NCBI GenBank assembly: GCA_043716655.1
Contig: JAYSYF010000076.1
Span: 1-50,376 of the forward strand
From: Bdellovibrionales bacterium
GTDB taxonomy: Bacteria > Bdellovibrionota > Bdellovibrionia > Bdellovibrionales > JAMPXM01
Direction: 5' to 3'
DNA length: 50,376 nt
Shown in pieces: positions 27,635 through 36,073 of this stretch. The notes under the pieces were generated by a model. That model made no database searches and was not told where the DNA came from. It saw only the letters and a program-made list of their open reading frames with translations. Position 1 is the stretch's first letter, and each line of letters starts with the position of its first letter. The position numbers and the translations under genes are program-made.

Positions 27635-30051
27635 CCACAGATACGGGAATTGTGGGGCTCACGAGCGTAGCTGCTGGCGAACTATTAAAGCAATATGGAT
27701 CAAACGAAATTAGTAGGGAAAAAGCGCGCCCCGCCTGGTATCTACTAATAGATCAGTTTAAAAGTCCGCTTGTTGTCATTTTGATTTTCGCCTGCATTAT
27801 TTCAGCTGTTTTACGTGAAACAGTGGACGCCATAGCAATCGGCGCAATTCTTCTCCTAAATGCGCTTATTGGTTTTTTTCAAGAGTACCGCGCTGAGAAC
27901 GCGATCACAGCATTGCAAAAGATGACTTCGCCTCGAGCGCGTGTGTCTCGAGACGGCCGACAGCTTGTCATATTGGCTCAAGACGTTGTGCCTGGTGACA
28001 TACTGTTACTTGAATCAGGCGATATCGTTGCCGCCGACGCTCGAATCCTTCAGTTGGCTCACTTCCAAGTTAATGAAGCCGTTTTGACAGGAGAAAGTCT
28101 TCCTGCGACGAAAGCCTTATCGGGCGCCACGAAGTCAGTTTCAGCGATTAGTCGAGAAGACTTTGTTTTCATGGGAACATCAGTGACAACTGGGACCGCA
28201 AGTGCGTGCGTGACTGCGACCGGCATGAAAACTGAGCTTGGAAAAATAGCGCATCTAATTTCGACAGCCCAGGTCGAGCCTACACCACTTCAAGCGCAAC
28301 TTGCAGGATTGGGAAAATCATTATTAATCGTATGCCTGTTTGTCGTCGCACTTGTAGCGGGAATCGGTATCTTGCAGGGACGACCTTGGCTCGAACTTCT
28401 TCTCTTTTCGGTGTCACTCGCTGTCGCCGCAGTGCCAGAAGGCATGCCTGCGATCGTTACTGTTTCACTTGCTCTAGGAGTGCAACGTCTTGCAAAGCGG
28501 AACGCTTTAGTCCGCAAACTGCCAAGTGTGGAAACCCTAGGAAGCGTATCGGTCATTTGCACTGACAAAACAGGAACGCTAACAACCGGAAATATGCGAG
28601 TTCGCGAACTTTGGGGAAACGACCACCAGATATTGCTTGAGGCCGCCGCATCCTGCTGCGATTCGGAATTGAATCCGAACGGCGATGGCGGCACCGGCGA
28701 CCCGACGGAACTAGCTATACTTATCGCGGCTCAAGAAAAAGAAATTAAGCTTGCTGCAATTGAAGAAAAGAATCCACGCACTAGCACCGTGCCCTTTGAT
28801 ACTGAGACTCGGCGGATGTCTGTCACACGTGCTGACGGTAAAAATTATTTCAAAGGAGCAATGGAGAGCATTTTATCGCTTAGTAAACCGAGTGAAGAAA
28901 TCGCCGATGCGATAACAAAGGCTGGGCGCGAGATGGCCAGCCGAGGCTTAAGAGTTTTAGCAGTCGCGATTGGGCAAGGTAGTAGTCTTTCAAATATCAA
29001 CATACTGGGGCTAGTCGGAATCGCTGATCCACCCCGCGCGGAAGCGATGGAAGCAATCAAAGAAGCCAGAAGCGCTGGGATCAAAACTGTGATGATTACT
29101 GGTGACCATCCAGAAACGGCAGCGGCCATCGCTAGGGAACTTGGACTTGTTCTCGAGGGTGAGTCCTTAGAAAATCGCGTTCACGCGCGAGCAACCCCGG
29201 AAGACAAATTAAAACTAGTACGTTCCTGGAAATCCCAAGGTGCGATCGTCGCTATGACGGGCGACGGAGTTAACGATGCCCCGGCGTTAAAGGAAGCCCA
29301 CATTGGTATTGCCATGGGTAAAGCAGGAACTGAAGTCACTCGGCAGGCTGCGGACTTAGTTTTAGCTGACGACAACTTCGCTACAATCGTTGCAGCAGTC
29401 GGTGAGGGCCGCGGAATATTTTTAAATATACGAAAGGCCATCACCTATTTGCTCACTGGCAATTTTGCTGAAGTTGCACTTGTTCTCGGAGCGATCGCGT
29501 TCGGATTACCAATTCCTCTGCTGGCCGCGCACTTGTTATGGATAAATCTCGTCACTGACGCGCTTCCTGCACTGACTCTTATAGCCGAGACACTTCCGCC
29601 AGGGATCATGAAGCTGCCACCGCGCAAATCGGATGAGAAGATCATGGGTCGCCCGGAATGGACTCAGGTCGTTTGGGTAGGACTTCTTGAAGCATCAGTA
29701 GCGCTTCTCTTGTACCGGCACTTGCTGAATGAGGACGAGGCTTCTGCACGTAACATTGTATTTACAACTTTAGTGATAAGCCAAATTCTGCGCGCCTTCG
29801 GAGCAAGATCGAGTACGCTACTTCACTGGGAAATTGGCCATCTTAAGAATTTGTGGCTGCTAGGGGTTTGCGTTGTTACTGGCGCTCTGCAACTGAGTCT
29901 TCATTTCATTCCGTTTTCTCAGAAAATATTTGGCCTCAGCCCATTAACATCGACGGATCTGTTGATGATTATCCCGGCTGCTCTAATTCCGATTTCGGTC
30001 GTTGAAATAAATAAACTCATTCAAAGGGCTCGATCGAAGGTAGCGTTATGA
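27631..30051 (+). CDS. P2-type cation-transporting ATPase (Ca2+/Mg2+-ATPase-like)
   Basis: PEGMPAIVTVSLALG (TM4 PEGxP), ICTDKTGTLTTGNM, MITGDHPETA, TGDGVNDAPALKEAHIGIAMG. No CPx motif. GTGA overlap with the ADH stop. Confidence 0.9.
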   Translation: MTTDTGIVGLTSVAAGELLKQYGSNEISREKARPAWYLLIDQFKSPLVVILIFACIISAVLRETVDAIAIGAILLLNALIGFFQEYRAENAITALQKMTSPRARVSRDGRQLVILAQDVVPGDILLLESGDIVAADARILQLAHFQVNEAVLTGESLPATKALSGATKSVSAISREDFVFMGTSVTTGTASACVTATGMKTELGKIAHLISTAQVEPTPLQAQLAGLGKSLLIVCLFVVALVAGIGILQGRPWLELLLFSVSLAVAAVPEGMPAIVTVSLALGVQRLAKRNALVRKLPSVETLGSVSVICTDKTGTLTTGNMRVRELWGNDHQILLEAAASCCDSELNPNGDGGTGDPTELAILIAAQEKEIKLAAIEEKNPRTSTVPFDTETRRMSVTRADGKNYFKGAMESILSLSKPSEEIADAITKAGREMASRGLRVLAVAIGQGSSLSNINILGLVGIADPPRAEAMEAIKEARSAGIKTVMITGDHPETAAAIARELGLVLEGESLENRVHARATPEDKLKLVRSWKSQGAIVAMTGDGVNDAPALKEAHIGIAMGKAGTEVTRQAADLVLADDNFATIVAAVGEGRGIFLNIRKAITYLLTGNFAEVALVLGAIAFGLPIPLLAAHLLWINLVTDALPALTLIAETLPPGIMKLPPRKSDEKIMGRPEWTQVVWVGLLEASVALLLYRHLLNEDEASARNIVFTTLVISQILRAFGARSSTLLHWEIGHLKNLWLLGVCVVTGALQLSLHFIPFSQKIFGLSPLTSTDLLMIIPAALIPISVVEINKLIQRARSKVAL

Positions 30052-31322
30052 TGTTAGAGTGGAAGACAGCAGAAGAAGCTATCGGACTTATCGCGACTGG
30101 AGCGCGAGTATTCGTGCATGGCGGCGCAGCCACCCCTAACGTTTTACTAGCAGAGCTCGTGAACCAATCGGCTCGCCTTACTGATGTATCTTTGATCCAT
30201 TTACATACGGAGGGACCGGCGCTCTATGCCGATCCTCAGTTTCAAAATAGTTTTCGCGTTATTAATCTTTTCGTTGGGCAAAATCTTCGCCATCGCCTGG
30301 ACTACGACCGTATTGATTATCTCCCGTGCTTTCTTTCGGAGATTCCCGAGCTTTTTCGCTCGAGGAAATGTCCGCTCGATGTTGCACTACTGCATGTTTC
30401 TCCGCCTGATCGATATGGATATTGTAGCCTCGGCGTTAGCGTTGACATCGCCAAAGCTGCTGCCGATGCGGCGGTCATCCTGATCGCACAGGTAAACCCG
30501 AAGATGCCGAGGGTACACGGAGATGGATTCCTCCACGTTAGCCAATTCGACGCGTTGGTGGAGGTGGACGAACCTCTTCCGGAAACCAAACAATCTCCAT
30601 CAACAGACGAAGAAAAAGCAATTGCTAAACACATTTCTGATTTAATCGAGGACGGATCGACCTTACAAATGGGAATCGGCTCTATTCCCAATGCGGTGAC
30701 ACGCCAACTGTTAGATCGCAAAGACTTAGGTGTCCATACGGAAATGTGGTCCGACGGCACTCTCGAACTTATTCAAGCAGGAGTCGTTACCAACTCGAAA
30801 AAGAAAGTCCACCGAGGAAAATGTGTGTCTGGATTTTTAACGGGAACTCGAAAACTTTACGACTTCGTTAACGACAATCCCGCAATTCTCCAACTGGAAA
30901 TGGACTATGTTAACAATCCAAATACGATTGCTCGCAATCCAAAAGTAGTCGCTATCAATTCAGCCGTAGAAATCGATTTGACAGGCCAGGTTGTTGCAGA
31001 CTCAATCGGTCATCACATGATTTCTGGCGTCGGCGGTCAAATGGATTTCATGAGGGGCGCAGCACTATCAGAAGGCGGAAAGCCAATCATTGCACTAGGT
31101 AGCCTGACGAGAAACGGTCGATCAAAAATTGTCGCCGAGCTTCAAGCAGGTGCTGGGGTCGTGAGCACCCGCGCCCATGTGCATTACGTCGTAACCGAAT
31201 TTGGTACGGCATATCTCCATGGAAAAACACTCGGAGAGCGGGCTCGAGAAATGATTAAAATTGCCCATCCAAATCACCGCGAACAATTGGCACGCGATCT
31301 CGCTTCAGCTCACAAAAAATAG
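30048..31322 (+). CDS. acetyl-CoA hydrolase/transferase family protein (4-hydroxybutyrate CoA-transferase-like)
   Basis: 424 aa. LQMGIGSIPNAV, EMWSDG, INSAVEIDLTGQV...SGVGGQMDF, HYVVTEFG are typical of this family. ATGA overlap with the ATPase stop. Confidence 0.9.
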   Translation: MMLEWKTAEEAIGLIATGARVFVHGGAATPNVLLAELVNQSARLTDVSLIHLHTEGPALYADPQFQNSFRVINLFVGQNLRHRLDYDRIDYLPCFLSEIPELFRSRKCPLDVALLHVSPPDRYGYCSLGVSVDIAKAAADAAVILIAQVNPKMPRVHGDGFLHVSQFDALVEVDEPLPETKQSPSTDEEKAIAKHISDLIEDGSTLQMGIGSIPNAVTRQLLDRKDLGVHTEMWSDGTLELIQAGVVTNSKKKVHRGKCVSGFLTGTRKLYDFVNDNPAILQLEMDYVNNPNTIARNPKVVAINSAVEIDLTGQVVADSIGHHMISGVGGQMDFMRGAALSEGGKPIIALGSLTRNGRSKIVAELQAGAGVVSTRAHVHYVVTEFGTAYLHGKTLGERAREMIKIAHPNHREQLARDLASAHKK

Positions 31323-31337
31323 GACTACTAGCTCATT

Positions 31338-31379
31338 AGCACGGGCCAGATGAGTCTTTCGACTCATCTGGCCCGTGCT
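31338..31379 (+). terminator. perfect 19-bp-stem hairpin after the six-gene operon
   Basis: AGCACGGGCCAGATGAGTC-tttc-GACTCATCTGGCCCGTGCT, 16 nt after the stop. No U-tract follows on either strand. Confidence 0.5.
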
Positions 31380-31686
31380 ACGGTTCGGAGTTTGCTTACC
31401 GAGGCACAACGAAACCAAAAAAATTCTTACATTTCTCATATTTGGCGCGCTGATAATATCTGGATGTGCACACTCTGCAAAGAAAGGCAGCGTCGCGATG
31501 AAGGTGAGCGACTCGGAGGCGCACGTTTGCCTGGACAAAGCGAAGGTTGGCGATCGATTGACGTTGTTCAGAAATAGCTGTCCGACTAAGGATACAACGT
31601 TGCGAGGGAGCAGCAACTTAGGGATGTGTGAAAAAGTACGTGTTGGCCAAGGAACCGTGTACCGATCGAAGAAGGTAACTTCGTAG
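31375..31686 (+). CDS. small lipoprotein, unknown function (start uncertain)
   Basis: The frame encodes KKILTFLIFGALIISGC (lipobox). The only in-frame start is GTG 31375, inside the hairpin, and it would give a 31-aa signal. Four further Cys in the mature part. Confidence 0.45.
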   Translation: MLRFGVCLPRHNETKKILTFLIFGALIISGCAHSAKKGSVAMKVSDSEAHVCLDKAKVGDRLTLFRNSCPTKDTTLRGSSNLGMCEKVRVGQGTVYRSKKVTS

Positions 31687-31704
31687 AATAGAGCGAAATT
31701 ATGC

Positions 31705-32268
31705 TCATTCTCTGGCGAGATTCAAATTCATCCGCGTTTTGATTGTAATCTCGTCAGCAACTTTAATCCCCATATATGTAGGCACCGCGATCTGATAGTC
31801 GGACACCAGAACTTTGAATTCTGTCGAGACGCTGGGCGTATCTTTGTTAGTGTCGACTTCCGCAGTTCCCTTCACCGGCCTCTCGACACCGTGTAGACTT
31901 AATTTTCCCTGAAACGGAACATTCGAATAAACTTTCTTTGTTTTTAAAAAGTCGGCTGGCAGGTCGATGTTCTCAATTTCAATCCAAGCCTCTGCATACT
32001 TCGCAGTCTCCAAATACTTTTCTTTCATGTGCTGATCGCGAAGCGAGACGCCAGTTGTGAAAGCATCCATTTTCACACCAAAGCGCCCCTTCACTTTATT
32101 ATCTTCGAGCTCGAAGTTTCCGCTGAGCTTTCCGCCGGTTCCTTTGATTTTTAAAAAGCTCGGCTTCCCCACAGCGTGAAACTCAACCTCCGACGTTTGC
32201 TTCGAAAGATCGACTTGCTGTACGGCTCCCCAGGACATCGGTAACAATAACAATAGTATTTTCAGCAT
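31705..32268 (-). CDS. YceI-family periplasmic protein
   Basis: Start at ATG 32268 gives signal MLKILLLLLPMSWGA. SEVEFHAVGKPSFLKIKGTGGKLSG..., GVSLRDQHMKEKYLE and GKLSLHGVERPV are typical YceI motifs. Confidence 0.85.
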   Translation of the reverse strand: MLKILLLLLPMSWGAVQQVDLSKQTSEVEFHAVGKPSFLKIKGTGGKLSGNFELEDNKVKGRFGVKMDAFTTGVSLRDQHMKEKYLETAKYAEAWIEIENIDLPADFLKTKKVYSNVPFQGKLSLHGVERPVKGTAEVDTNKDTPSVSTEFKVLVSDYQIAVPTYMGIKVADEITIKTRMNLNLARE

Positions 32269-32276
32269 TTCGCCCC

Positions 32277-33452
32277 TTACTTTACGATGAGTTGTCCGGT
32301 TGAAAAGCCGCTGCTTCCGTGAAATCCACAAGTGAAAGAAAAACTGCCAGCGCTTTCAAGCTGAACCACTTGCGAGGTCTTCGATCCACGATCGGCCATC
32401 AAATCGAGATCCAGTTCGCCAGAATCGAATTTAAACATTTTGTCTGTTGCGGTAAGGACGATTTCGATCGTCTGACCTTCTTTCGCTTCGACAACGAGAG
32501 GCGAGCAAGTGCCGTCGGCTTGACCTGCGATATCGATGGTCACGTCTGGAATGCGAACAAGATTGATCACGCGCTCTTTCTGCCACTGCTTCGCAATGTC
32601 GAACGCTGTTTGACCTTTTCTATTTTTAAGTCGTCGATCCGGTCGAGCCAGCAAAATATCTTTTACTGTCCAGTCGTCTCCGTAAGACGTTGCCCACATG
32701 AGCGGCGTCATTCCCTGGCTATCTTGAAAATCAAAATTAGCTTCGGCGGCGATGAACGAGTCATAGACGTCACGCACTTCATGCTTCGCGGCTTTCAAAA
32801 GAGCAGTTTCTTTTTTCATCGGATCCACGATGTCGACAAATGCGCCCGCCGAAATGAGCTTGTCCACGATTTGTGGGAGGCTCGTTAGCGAGTGAGGCGC
32901 TGGCGTCATGTTGCCCCCGCAATTTCCATCGATAGCGTAAAGCAGCGGCGTGCAACCGTATTTATCCGTGAAGTTCACATCTGCGCCACATCCCAATTGA
33001 TAATTCACGGCTTGCAACGATTGATAGAAACGACCTTCACGAAGAACTGTAATCAACTGTTCGCTCGGGTTTTTTCCGCATGACGGTGCGGTCGGAATGG
33101 TGCCGTTGATTTTGCACTCGAGCTCGGTGCCCGCAAAATAAAGCCCATGCGTGAAAGCGTTCCTCTTCACACTCCCCTGCTCAATTAAGAAATCAAGGTG
33201 TGACATTCCACTTGAGTCCGAATACCGCAAAGTATTTGGCGCCGGATACGAAACTCTGGTCAGCTTCAAACCCTGGGTCACAGAACCACTGGGACTAATA
33301 AACCGAATATCACCTTTGTTTTTTTGCGGCAGAATCGTAAGTACGACTCGAGTCTTCTGACTCGAGTCGGTGTAGCCCGTGCACGAAACGGTTTCAGCCT
33401 TCGCGCTGACTGTGGCGGTCAAAATCGCTCCCAAAATCAAAACTGGTTTCAT
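32277..33452 (-). CDS. exported ankyrin-repeat protein with C-terminal cupredoxin-like domain
   Basis: Signal MKPVLILGAILTATVSAKA. Ankyrin repeats (GADVNFTDKYGCTPLLYAI, GAFVDIVDPMKKETALLKAAKH, ANFDFQDSQGMTPLMWAT, NRKGQTAFDIAKQ). The last ~85 aa follow the cupredoxin pattern (VVEAKEGQTIEIVLTATD...AGSFSFTCGFHGSSGFSTGQLIVK). Confidence 0.8.
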   Translation of the reverse strand: MKPVLILGAILTATVSAKAETVSCTGYTDSSQKTRVVLTILPQKNKGDIRFISPSGSVTQGLKLTRVSYPAPNTLRYSDSSGMSHLDFLIEQGSVKRNAFTHGLYFAGTELECKINGTIPTAPSCGKNPSEQLITVLREGRFYQSLQAVNYQLGCGADVNFTDKYGCTPLLYAIDGNCGGNMTPAPHSLTSLPQIVDKLISAGAFVDIVDPMKKETALLKAAKHEVRDVYDSFIAAEANFDFQDSQGMTPLMWATSYGDDWTVKDILLARPDRRLKNRKGQTAFDIAKQWQKERVINLVRIPDVTIDIAGQADGTCSPLVVEAKEGQTIEIVLTATDKMFKFDSGELDLDLMADRGSKTSQVVQLESAGSFSFTCGFHGSSGFSTGQLIVK

Positions 33453-33469
33453 GTTCCCCCCGGCTACGG

Positions 33470-34150
33470 CTAATTCGCGCCGTTACTTATCCACTCTCTA
33501 ATAATTCTAATTTGCTCCGGCGCGAGCGCCGAATAACCTTCTTCAGCTAACGGCATTCGTTTATGGTCGGTCCGCTCAAGTGCGATCAATAATCCCGATT
33601 CGTCGACGTTTACGAGATCGATTAACATAAGTGGCGAATCCAGCAGCGACTGACGATCAAGCAAAATCTGTTTTCCAGTTCCCGTCGGATGATGGCAGGT
33701 CAGGCAGACCGGTTCGAAAATGTGTTGTCGAATCGATTCATAAGTTGCAACTAGCGGTTCGACCATAGGCGGTGGCTTTGGGCTGTTGAGTGGTGCGCCA
33801 GCGCGCAGCCAGTTGCCTAGCCATCTTCGTTCGTCATCTCGAAGCTGCCCACGCTTCGGCATCGTTTGCTCGACAAAAACGGCTTTGTCGATCGTAGCCA
33901 GTTGCGAAAACACGCTCTCGTAAGTTTCGAGATTCACCTTCTCACCGGCGCGATGACAGCTCACACATCTTGGCTGAAGAACTCGCGAGTTGATGAAACC
34001 GTAGTTCATCATGCTCGCCTTTTCTTCTGGCAACAGCTCACCGTAACTTCGAGCGCTTGCGTCCCCGGTGCCTTTCAACACCGAGTAATTGCAGGAACTC
34101 AAGGTGCCAATGACCGCCACCGAAATGAGAGTGCGAACTAAGAAATGCAC
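33470..34150 (-). CDS. dihaem c-type cytochrome lipoprotein
   Basis: Lipobox GTLSSC and two CxxCH motifs (CVSCH, CLTCH), each in a repeat resembling the planctomycete-type cytochrome c domain (VLQPRCVSCHR...LETYE / IFEPVCLTCHH). Confidence 0.8.
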   Translation of the reverse strand: MHFLVRTLISVAVIGTLSSCNYSVLKGTGDASARSYGELLPEEKASMMNYGFINSRVLQPRCVSCHRAGEKVNLETYESVFSQLATIDKAVFVEQTMPKRGQLRDDERRWLGNWLRAGAPLNSPKPPPMVEPLVATYESIRQHIFEPVCLTCHHPTGTGKQILLDRQSLLDSPLMLIDLVNVDESGLLIALERTDHKRMPLAEEGYSALAPEQIRIIREWISNGAN

Positions 34151-34158
34151 CCTAATTC

Positions 34159-34731
34159 TTAAGGTACAATGGCTGTGGAATTTAGAGACCCGTCCAGATT
34201 GACGTACACATTAAGCGTCTGAGTCTGGGCCGAAGAACGAACCTGAAGAACTGCGACGTCCTTACCGCCTAGCGAACCTTTGACAAGATCGAGGCTTGAG
34301 AAATCCTTGAAGTAAGGAGCAATGGTAGCGTCCGTGCCATTGTCCAAGACAAAGTGCATTCCGTTTTCGACAAGTTCTCCAGCATTCTTTGGCGCCCAAC
34401 CCACGTCAGGTCCGGCGACTCCGCCCGTTGAAGCTTTGAAAGATAGCGGTTTGCCATCCTTATCGAATTGCAACTCGAGTTGAATTGCTTGACCTGAAGT
34501 TGGTTGAGTCTGAGACGAGACCGATTTGAACGCCACCGGCGCCGGACCCGAGACTTCGGTGACCTCGATTTTTGACAGTCGCTTCTGAAACGAACCATCG
34601 ATCTTCCCGAGCGTTACGAGCCGATCGATTCGATGTGCTGAGAGTTCACCTATCTTCGCTTTCGAGACCGACTGCGCCATCGCAACTTGTGAACCTAAAA
34701 GTACCGACGCGAACAACAGTGCAAATTTCAT
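34159..34731 (-). CDS. exported hypothetical protein
   Basis: Signal MKFALLFASVLLGSQVAMAQ. 24 nt downstream of csoR. No recognisable motif. Confidence 0.65.
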   Translation of the reverse strand: MKFALLFASVLLGSQVAMAQSVSKAKIGELSAHRIDRLVTLGKIDGSFQKRLSKIEVTEVSGPAPVAFKSVSSQTQPTSGQAIQLELQFDKDGKPLSFKASTGGVAGPDVGWAPKNAGELVENGMHFVLDNGTDATIAPYFKDFSSLDLVKGSLGGKDVAVLQVRSSAQTQTLNVYVNLDGSLNSTAIVP

Positions 34732-34755
34732 ATTCCCCCCTTGAAACTGTGATTC

Positions 34756-35094
34756 TTAGAAAACTAATTTAATGATCTCTTGGATTTTCTCTTCGGACTT
34801 GAACGCATCCTTGCTTGCTAAGGCCGTACTGACACAGCCTCGTAAATGCGCCTTTAAGACTTCTGCTTCCGTCGCGCGAAGTCCTGCCGATGCCGCTTTC
34901 AGCTGCGCGATGATGTCAGGGCAGTATCTTCGGTCAAGAATCATTCGCTCGATCCCCTCGATTTGCCCTTTAACTCGGTTAAGCCTCTTAATGTGTTCCG
35001 AATGGTCCGGATGTTCATGTGCAACGGAACTGAGTGCGTTCGCTCTCGGTTGCACTTTTTTTACTTTTGCTCGCGCCGTCTGCTTTTCTAACAT
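34756..35094 (-). CDS. csoR: CsoR-family Cu(I)-sensing repressor
   Basis: DUF156 core RLNRVKGQIEGIERMI, with ligand pattern Cys (RRYCPDI) plus His-x3-Cys (KAHLRGC), which is the CsoR x-C-H-C fingerprint. His-rich N-tail HEHPDHSEH. Confidence 0.9.
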   Translation of the reverse strand: MLEKQTARAKVKKVQPRANALSSVAHEHPDHSEHIKRLNRVKGQIEGIERMILDRRYCPDIIAQLKAASAGLRATEAEVLKAHLRGCVSTALASKDAFKSEEKIQEIIKLVF

Positions 35095-35128
35095 CGCTCG
35101 TCATCCATCCATAATCGTTGTTGGAGAT

Positions 35129-35166
35129 TTGACACATACCCTACCGGGGCATAGTTTAGCCGTCAA
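35129..35166. promoter_or_regulatory. overlapping divergent promoters sharing a CsoR-type operator
   Basis: Plus strand: TTGACA (35129..35134), 17 nt, TAGTTT (35152..35157). Minus strand: TTGACG (35166..35161), 17 nt, TAGGGT (35143..35138). Between them lies ATACCCTACCGGGGCATA (35136..35153), which resembles the ATACCC..GGGGTAT CsoR boxes I remember from Bacillus and Listeria. Confidence 0.6.
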
Positions 35167-35187
35167 CATACTTTAAAAAGGGTGACG

Positions 35188-35949
35188 ATGAAACATTTTG
35201 GAATTCTTCTGGGACTTGGGGTCATTGCTTTATGGGGACAGCCATCGTCTGCGCATGGGACACAGGAAAGTCGTGTCGAGATCGAGCCGGTCGCGACATC
35301 GACCGTCGCCGGTACCACGCAGTATGCGTTTCAACTCGTGGATACGAGCAAAAGCAGTCTCATTGGCGACGTGGAACTTAACATCTCACACGAAATGAAA
35401 CTTCATTTGATTGTTTATGATCCGTCGCTCGGCGAATTCCAGCACGTGCATCCCGAATTCGACGGAACCAACTGGATGGTGACACTGCAATTTGCGGTCA
35501 ATGGAAATTACTGGGTTTGGGCGCAGGGGGAGCTTGCGGTCGACGGCGAAAAATTTTCTTCTTCAACAAGACTTGATGTCACGAATGGAGCCGCACAGCT
35601 GCCCGCGCCACCGGTGCTCGGTGACCGGCGATTGGGAAGCCTCGGAGTTTCAGCCGTTGATATCGGCAAAACAAAAATCACGGCAGGCAAGATGGTAATG
35701 CTGGACTTAAAGATGTCGCGAACAGACGGCACGTCTCCGCAACTTGCACCATACTTGGGAGCATTTGCACACATCATCGCGACAACCTCAGACGGTGACG
35801 AACTCATTCACGTTCATCCGATGGGGACCACCGCTACTGCCGGAATGATCCACGCGACATTCCCAGCAGCCGGTGACTATCGCCTGTGGGTCCAATATAT
35901 AGATGGCGGCAACCTGATCACGATACCCTTATCGGTCAAAGTTAATTGA
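35188..35949 (+). CDS. exported protein with two tandem beta-rich domains, each carrying an HVHP motif
   Basis: ATG 35188 (AAGGG upstream) gives signal MKHFGILLGLGVIALWGQPSSAHG. Repeat 1 is ...KLHLIVYDPSLGEFQHVHPEF...NGNYWVWAQ. Repeat 2 is ...AFAHIIATTSDGDELIHVHPMG...AGDYRLWVQY. Confidence 0.7.
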   Translation: MKHFGILLGLGVIALWGQPSSAHGTQESRVEIEPVATSTVAGTTQYAFQLVDTSKSSLIGDVELNISHEMKLHLIVYDPSLGEFQHVHPEFDGTNWMVTLQFAVNGNYWVWAQGELAVDGEKFSSSTRLDVTNGAAQLPAPPVLGDRRLGSLGVSAVDIGKTKITAGKMVMLDLKMSRTDGTSPQLAPYLGAFAHIIATTSDGDELIHVHPMGTTATAGMIHATFPAAGDYRLWVQYIDGGNLITIPLSVKVN

Positions 35950-36073
35950 TCCCAAACTCAGGAACGCGACACGCTTCATCTCGATACACCGGTTCCGCTA
36001 GTGAATCGCTCAAAGAAATGTCGCGAAGGATTAGATTGAAATCGTGAAGATTAGATGGTGTCATAATAGAACG

